This document shows, in pieces, positions 56,376 to 64,000 of a stretch of DNA of 64,000 nt (its first letter is position 1; every line of letters starts with the position of its first letter). The notes below the pieces were generated by a model that did no database searches, was not told the origin of the DNA, and saw only the letters and a program-made list of their open reading frames with translations. The stretch is from Octopus vulgaris (taxonomy: Eukaryota): positions 15,376,001 through 15,440,000 of the forward strand of contig OX597825.1 in assembly GCA_951406725.2 (NCBI GenBank), given 5' to 3'. A program made the translations under genes and the position numbers.

Positions 56376-57974
56376 TCTTCAAAGAAATATTATGGAGAAC
56401 GTATCCCCATATGTCTATTGAAATACATTTTGTTTTGCTAGATTAAATTTGCTTTATTGAATTACCACATAAGTCTACAACCACCTCTCGTACGCTATAC
56501 TTTAGTTTCATGTGTCCTTTTAAAGTCTGATTTTCATAAATCTGCTCATGATAATGAAATAAAATTAACGAATATCAAAAGGGTATTTGATGTCCACATA
56601 ATCTTCGATAACTTCATTATTGAGAGGAAATCTTTGTTGGGGACATTATACTTTTAACTTATATTAAACATTATGTCAATGAATACCTCATGAATATTAT
56701 CTATTTGAATATATTTACGTTATGTTTAGTTTTAAGCTTTGTTCGTTTGATAAATCTCTCTCTCTCTGCTTCTTGTTTCTCTCATTTTCTCTCTCTCTTC
56801 CTCTTGCTCTTTTATCTCTCTCTTTCTCACCCCTCCTTTCTCCGATAGATGCAATGAAATTTAATAATAGTTCATCACTGAAACAATGTAATCCATTCAT
56901 ATCAACATTACATTACCTTCATTCAATAATTTTTAAGAATATATTTCTCAGTTGCTGCCCTACTTACACTGAAAGCTACTAACGACAATATTCAGTGTGC
57001 CATTGTTATGAATTTACTGATAAATTCTCTTTGAGATAATAATCAAACCCTGCTTTAAATATATAAAAATAAATAATCTAAGAATCAGCATTGGGTTATT
57101 TAATTTTGGGATTAGACTCCTACTCCGATAGTACAACATTTTCCTTTTCACTTTCATCGTATCTTCAGCTACATATAATAGGTTTAAGAAAATGTCGTGA
57201 CTAAGTACATGTTCGTTAAACAAATTTATACTGATATTCATTATTGAAGAAGGAACATCTCCAAAAGTTAATATGTTAGTATATTGCCTTTCATGTTGCA
57301 TGTTCTGAACGTGCTGCATTGTAAAGTCACACAATTTCATTTCTTAATTAAATGCTTGGTGTTATCTAAGGCAAATTCGCAGACATACAGCTATCGGAGT
57401 AATTGATACAATTTATACAATTTATACTACAAATTGAAAATGAAGATAAGATATATTCGAATAGAATATAAAGCAAGATCATTCTTACAAATAACAATAA
57501 TAATTACGCAATTTACTTATTCCTACTTACCCTGTCCTGATACTGTCTTTATCTCACTGTATCTACTCTAACTTATCTAAAATATATTTAATGACTTTTA
57601 ATTATTGACTGATTCATTAAAAAGTTAACTAAATATCCAAATAAAATTCTCCAGAAGGTAAGAGAGGAAATTATATTAATTGGTATTTAATATCCTGATA
57701 CTTTTTACTATTCTAGAATGCTTTAAAATTTCACTATACTCTAATTAGTATTAACTAAAGCTAATTAGCTTTATTGTTATCATGCAAGTGTTCAGCGAGG
57801 TGTTTACATAGATAAACCACGTGATGTGATTTGAATGCAGCATCGCATATTTAACAAAACATGCAAGAACAGACATGCTAAAGGATATTTTAAATAATTT
57901 GTATTTGAATTATTAATAGATTATTTATTCATATTCGCATACTAAAAAAATATATTGATTGATTCCTAACCATG

Positions 57975-58190
57975 CTTTTCATTTATTCTTTTACTTGGTT
58001 CAGTCATTTGACTGCGGCCAGGCTGGAGCACCGCCTTTAGTCGAATCAAATCGACCCCAGGACTTATTATTTGTATGCCTAGTAGTTATTCTATCGATTG
58101 CCAAACCGCTAAGCTACGGGGACCTAAACACACCAGCATCGGCTGTGAAGCGATTTTGGAGGGACAAACACAGAAACATAACAAATACAC
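57975..58190 (-). mobile_element. SINE family A tail
   Basis: cagtcatttgactgcggccaggctggagcaccgcctttagtcg. Confidence 0.85.
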
Positions 58191-58193
58191 ACA

Positions 58194-58275
<82 letters not shown>

Positions 58276-58278
58276 CAC

Positions 58279-58333
<55 letters not shown>

Positions 58334-59950
58334 TAAAGAGACAGACAGGCAGAGCAAACGAGAAAGGAGTAGAGCTTTCTAACATACAGGTAAGTATGGT
58401 TCGGAGAGAAGGTAGCAAGTTTGTGACCCAATGGTTGGTGCGATTGCATGAAAATTAATCGAATAAAGTTTATGTTGATGCAGTCTTCGTTTTCTGTGTC
58501 TAACAGCAGCACACCATAGTGTGTCAGCAGTTAGTAGTGGTTGGTGGATGAAGCATTTCCTGATATTTAACAAATATAGAAAAAATGTATTTTGTGAGGT
58601 AGTGTCTACCATGTTAAAGTTCGGCCACTAGGAGAGATACTTAATTGCGGTGAGACCTCACATTTGTCTAATTGTGCTCTCGAAGAAGATAAGCATGACG
58701 AACCACTTTCTAGGTTTCTGCCCATAGACTCAATACATGTGTAGCGTATAGTGTCTAGATCCTTTGTGCAATGTTGGCAACAGATACTTAGAAAAGAATG
58801 AAGCATATATAATCCGTATGTTACCAGACGTTATTGAACTTTCTAGCAAGTAGCTAGTTGGTCTTTAAGTGAAAACGTTGGGACACAATACCAAAAGTAT
58901 AGGTAGGTTTTGTTCAGTGGGAATGCAATAAGTTGGCGCCTCAATGTTGTGAGTTGATAAAATATAAACTTTTCAAAGACATTGTCCTGTTGTTTCGTTG
59001 TTTTGAAAGTTGAAATACATACCCGGTCATGTGTTTTTGCTGATTTCGAATAATACCCGTTTGCAGCAAGCCAATTTCAGTAAGCGACGGTCCACTGCTA
59101 CGTGTCCAGGGCCATAAGAGAGCCAAACTGATATAAACAAAGGAGAGGTTTTTTACGTTTTGAAGACTTTGTTTTTAATAGTTGTTTCCATTTCCGATGT
59201 TAGGAGTGCAATAGGATGTGAGTCGACAGGCTCGGAAGGGTGTCCCTCTTTGGAATTGGACAATGGCAATGTATTTCATGGAATAGGGTATATAAATATA
59301 GAAAAAGTTACATTAGAATGCATGAAACGTATATTTGATAGTTCTGAGAAAGATCGTTGCGTATATATTCAGATTTATATACGACAATTTCTTTGAGTCT
59401 CTCTTCATGAACTACGAAGATTACAAGAACACATGAATATTGACGACAGCTTTATATCCAATATACAACAATGAAGGCCAAAGTTTGCTTGTTCGCAGGC
59501 GCAAGCATAATTGAATTTTCAAATCTAATAGCGCAGATATCTCGCTATTGATTTATGCTAATAGTTTTGCCCTCACACCTTATTCTTTTCTGTTTTAGAC
59601 CACCAAATTAAAAATTCAGTAACAAAATTTGAGCGATTTTATTGCATGAGTTCAAAAATGAAAGGTAACGCATTGGGAAGAACTTGTAAAATCGAGAAAT
59701 CATTTCACCAGACAAGACAAGCAAGAAACGGTGAACGCAACATTGGTTCCACGATATTCGTACAAGATACAAGAGATCAGAAGCTTGAAACTGAGAAGGG
59801 CCGAGAACAATCTTCTCGATTGACAGCAAGACATTGCCACACTAGACATCACAAGAGATTGCATGGAGAAACACTATACATTACTCATTCTGAAATATTT
59901 TCATATTGGAAAGATTAAAAAAACCACAACAAATTAGTTCTCTTTTCTCT

Positions 59951-60299
59951 TGTTATGTATACTGACATACCGATTGTATCCAGACAGGGACCTATCGGTT
60001 GATTGGCATTAAACAAACAGATGCATTTCAGGGACCTATTGGTTGATTGGCACTCCCTCACAAACAGATGCACTTCAGTCTCTGATGTAGAGACGTGCGT
60101 CCTCCTCTCACACTTACGTCACTACTATAAAGGCCTCTGGTTATTGGACCCTCCCTTGATTTACTCGTCTCTGTACCTATCCGGTTGATTTATGTGTCCC
60201 AGTACTAAACACCGAATTCTAAGTCATGAATCCCGGTGAAGCAATCGTGGCAGAGATTTATTGTCAGAGGAATGATAAAGGGGACAAAGAACAGCAACA
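59951..60299 (+). mobile_element. Possible solo LTR with a duplicated CCAAT-containing unit
   Basis: TGTTA...CAACA ends; two ~44-bp units cagggacctatYggttgattggca...caaacagatgca; tataaa at ~60126; no clean TSD. Confidence 0.5.
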
Positions 60300-61419
60300 T
60301 TTACATCAAAAGGCAAAAGATTATTTCTCTTTAATCGTTCTTGACCTCACGTGTTGCAAATGATTGTAGAAATTACAGGAAATGGCTTAACACTCTATCT
60401 GGACCAGCTTGAAACTCAGGCTTCGTGATGTCTGACTAACATTTCTTCACTCACCACAATGTTATGCTACAACAGCTAAAAGATCTTTCGCAAACCCAAC
60501 AGTCTCTGGACTTCAGTATTCTAAGCAATTCGAATAAATAGACTTTTCCTCGGCAAATGTATTTAGATTCTAATGTTTTTTTTATTTTCAATGAAAATAA
60601 TTTATTCCGAGCCGGAGCATAATGTGTACATTCAATGACTAAAGATGGGAAATTACATGCTGGACCACGTTATCTTAGTTAAATATATGTTATAGTTAGT
60701 CTGCTGTCTCTTTGATCATCAGACATTTCGCTCAGGTCTGAAAGGGTAGAAGAAGAACAACAACAACCAGCAAAAATATTGACACAAAACACTGTCAACA
60801 CCAAAACATGATAACTTTAAACGACAAAAGCCTTATTCAATTACTTACATTTATTCCGTCAGATTGAATTTAATATAATGTATACCTTGCTTTTGTATAA
60901 GTATCTCATCGATAATTAACTGAAATAACATGTTTGATTCTCTTGTGAGTATTTTTTTACGACAACAACTACAACTCATACTGCATTTTCATTCTGCAGT
61001 CGACTTTTGGGGTCGGGTGACATGGTGGGGTGATACGATATAATATTGTTACTTTAGTGGTTGTTCTTGATAAAGTAGTTCGCTTTCTGTTTTGTTGTTT
61101 ATCCTCTGGTCGTTGTTTTCTGAACTATGGCCAACGATATCTAAGCTGCGATATCGGATTGTATTACACAGTAATATGTGTTACAACATACAGTGTCAGC
61201 TTCTTTAAGAGAATAGGATATGAGTTGATGGAGATTTGTTTGCCATTTACATAAATTCGGACGACCTTTGATAGTTGTTGTAATAAACCATTCCCAACAG
61301 CACAGAGAATAACAGAGATGGAGAACAATATTCCCATACAGAATACTAATGAGACGAGACACACGAAATGAATGCTCCTATTGTAGACTATGCTAAACAA
61401 AATATATCGCTCCCCAATG

Positions 61420-62100
61420 TATCAGGTCATTAAGAAAGAATTGTCCGATTTTCTTACGAACCTAGTTTGAGAGCCGTAAACTCTAATGCTTTATCCGGAA
61501 AATGTTTTACAATATTGAAGAATTACATCGTTCCATTTCGAAATTCAATTCATGGTGCATGATTATATTGTGAGTTCTCTCTTGTAAATCAATGTTTGTG
61601 AGCCCATGGATAGATGAAAAAATTGTGCCGTTTATGAATATGAGTGCCGTCGTGGAACCAATGCATCTCAGACAGCTCGAAACATCGATCAGGTGGTTGG
61701 TAAAGATGTAGCGAATGAGTCCGCTGTACGTCAATGGTTTGAGACGTTCCGATCTGGTGAGCTTACTCTTGAAAATCATTCCCGTGTTAGACCCAAGAGC
61801 AAGGTGAATAATGACGAGCTAGAAACAGTAGTGGAAACGGATACACCTCAATCTACGCGTGATTTAGCAGCAAGATATGATGTTTCGATCCCAAATGTAT
61901 TGGATCATCTGACGCAATTCGATATGGTAAAGAAGCTAAACAAATTGGTACCACACGAACTGAACAAGAATGAAATGAAAAGTCGTCTTGAAACCTGCTG
62001 TTCTTCGAAGTCACGGTATAAAAGCGAACCATTTGTGCACCGTATTGTTAAGTGTGATGAAAGATGAAATCTTTTCAACAATAGCAAGTGTTCTTCACAT
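61420..62100 (+). pseudogene. Mariner (DD34D) transposase N-terminal half with left end
   Basis: ORF 61693..62067 contains VRQWFETFRSG, LVPHEL (WVPHEL) and FVHRIVKCDE. TA-tcaggtc...aattgtccgattt is a mariner-like terminus. Confidence 0.85.
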
Positions 62101-62314
62101 TTTCGTGTTAGATGCATGGATGTCGTGTCAGATGCATTGCCGTGTCAGATGCATGGATGACTTATTATTCAATTATACAATCCAGAAACAGCAATGGTCA
62201 TAGTAAGATTTGAGCACATGACCATCTGTCTTTAATCCAACAACTCATTATCAGAAGTGTGGTGCATTTTGTATCATCCATTACACTTGAAATGACCCAA
62301 CATATATATCTCAG

Positions 62315-62619
62315 GTGAAGGCGCGTGGCTTAGTGGTTAGGGGCATTCGGCTCATGATCGTAAGGTCGTGAGTTCAGTTCCCGGTGGCGCTTTGTGTCCT
62401 TGAGCAAGACACTTTATTTCACGTTGCTCCAGTCCACCCAGCTGGCAAAAATGAGTAGTACTTGTATTTCAAAGGGCCAGCCTTGTCACATTGTGTCACG
62501 CTGAATCTCCCCGAGAACTGCGTTAACGGTACACGTGTCTGTGGAGTGCTCAGCCACTTGAACGTTAATTTCACGAGCAAGCTGTTCCATTGATCGCAAC
62601 CGACGGAGTGCTCTTGTTG
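62315..62619 (+). mobile_element. SINE family C, full length, with a 12-bp TSD
   Basis: tggcttagtgg A-box, gagttcagttccc B-box, gtgtccttgagcaagacacttt core. tatatatctcag lies at 62303-62314 and 62620-62631. Confidence 0.9.
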
Positions 62620-63106
62620 TATATATCTCAGACCATCTCAGTCAACTTCATTAAATATCATTTTCCTTATCATTTTCTATAAGTGTATTTGGAAATAAAT
62701 ATTTGTCTATAAATGCATTGTACTAACCGGATGAAAATGTTTGTGAACAAAAATAAATATTATTAATAAACAAAATTTAATTTTCCACTTGATATATCAG
62801 GGGATTCGATATTAAAGCTAAACAGTTAACCTATTGTCACTTTTTTTTGTTCATGCACCGAACTGATCATATTATTTTAAATAAAATCATTTATGAATCA
62901 ATTCTTCCTGGTTGAAGACTGCTACCAACAGAAAAACCTTCATCTTCTTAATCAGAACATTCATCTTACTAAATATTATACAATACACTGGCACATGGTG
63001 TTAACACTCGGAATTATTGATCAGCGAATGAAACAAGTATCAATATGTAAATTTTGTTGGTTTTGAGGAAAGATTACTTTACTAACTGTTGTTGCTGTTG
63101 TTCAAC

Positions 63107-63147
<41 letters not shown>

Positions 63148-63470
63148 GAGTGAGAGAGCAGTGCATGCCATCAAAGTGTCATTGGGGTGAAATATACGAA
63201 GCGCAGTATACTCATCATGACCACTCGTCTGATACGGGTGCACTAGGCACATGCATCACAACCATATGTGCATCCCACGCAAAAGGTTTCTGAATAAGGG
63301 TTGTTTAAGGATGTTGAACGAAACACTCATGTTTCCAAGGGTGAATCATTCAAACCCCAAAGAATCCCTCTCAACACATGGCTATGATGCTCCCCCACTA
63401 ATTCTGCTCGTGATCAGAGATGCACATATAGTCAGCCACTAAGGGACACGCTCAACTGGTTATGGTCATA

Positions 63471-63472
<2 letters not shown>
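63148..63472. mobile_element. ~325-bp complex insert embedded in an (ATT)n tract
   Basis: Pure (ATT)n lies immediately on both sides of a GC-richer block. Confidence 0.6.
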
Positions 63473-63528
<56 letters not shown>

Positions 63529-63764
63529 GTTTTCATTTATCTTTTCTTAATTTTTTCGCTCTTTTTCTGTCTTCTTTTCGACAGTTATAAGGTTGAAACT
63601 TAAAGATTAATTCTATCAACATTGTAAATAGCTTGTAAATAGATGGAATGAAGTCATAGATAATCAGCGGGGAACGTACATTTATATTTAAATTTCAATT
63701 AGATATATCATTTGATCACTTGCTTTCTTTATTCAAAATTCGGACAGAACTTATGGGATGACCT

Positions 63765-64000
63765 GTTACTTAGCGGTATTTCGTCTGCGGCTACATTTGA
63801 TTTCAAATTCCACCGATGTCGACTTTACCTTTCATCATTTCGGGGTCGATAAATTAAGTACCAATTACGCATTGAGGTCGATGTAATCGACAAGCCCCCT
63901 CTCCCACAATTTCAGTCCTTGTGGCTATATTAGAAAGGATTATTATTATTATTAAAAGTAAGAGTTGAAGGCGGCGAGCTGGCAGAATCGTTACCGGGCC
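63765..64000 (+). mobile_element. SINE family B copy plus the head of another running off the window
   Basis: cttagcggtatttcgtc...gtcgataaattaagtacc, then ggcggcgagctggcagaatcg at ~63970. Confidence 0.85.

Noticed and set aside
58600-59920. Complex sequence with short ORFs (possible old transposon or LINE)
   Set aside because: No consistent motif series in any frame.
62320-62385. tRNA gene
   Set aside because: A/B boxes are present, but it continues into a SINE core with a TSD. This is a SINE head, as are the family A and B heads.

Overview
This is an AT-rich, repeat-saturated eukaryotic window. The SINE families and microsatellite load suggest an Octopus/coleoid cephalopod genome (inference from recall, no search run). 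I found no convincing host protein-coding exon; most six-frame ORFs are translations of (TA)n, (CA)n, (ATG)n, (AAT)n or (GAA)n tracts. Recognisable content: a young 5'-truncated Penelope-like element (RT C-terminal half plus GIY-YIG, 29544-31352) and a second Penelope 3' remnant; decayed Tx1/L1 and CR1 LINEs; Tigger/pogo, DD37D (maT) and mariner transposase pseudogenes; two possible solo LTRs; MITEs; and three tRNA-derived SINE families. The most notable unannotated signal is a set of minimal hammerhead-ribozyme motifs with core variants (CCGANGA, and UUGACAA with a U3:A8 swap). They occur in the Penelope 3' end, in a dispersed ~150-300 bp non-coding cassette family next to (TA)n tracts (retrozyme-like), and in both arms of a ~645 bp near-perfect palindrome. 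Catalytic activity and novelty are untested.
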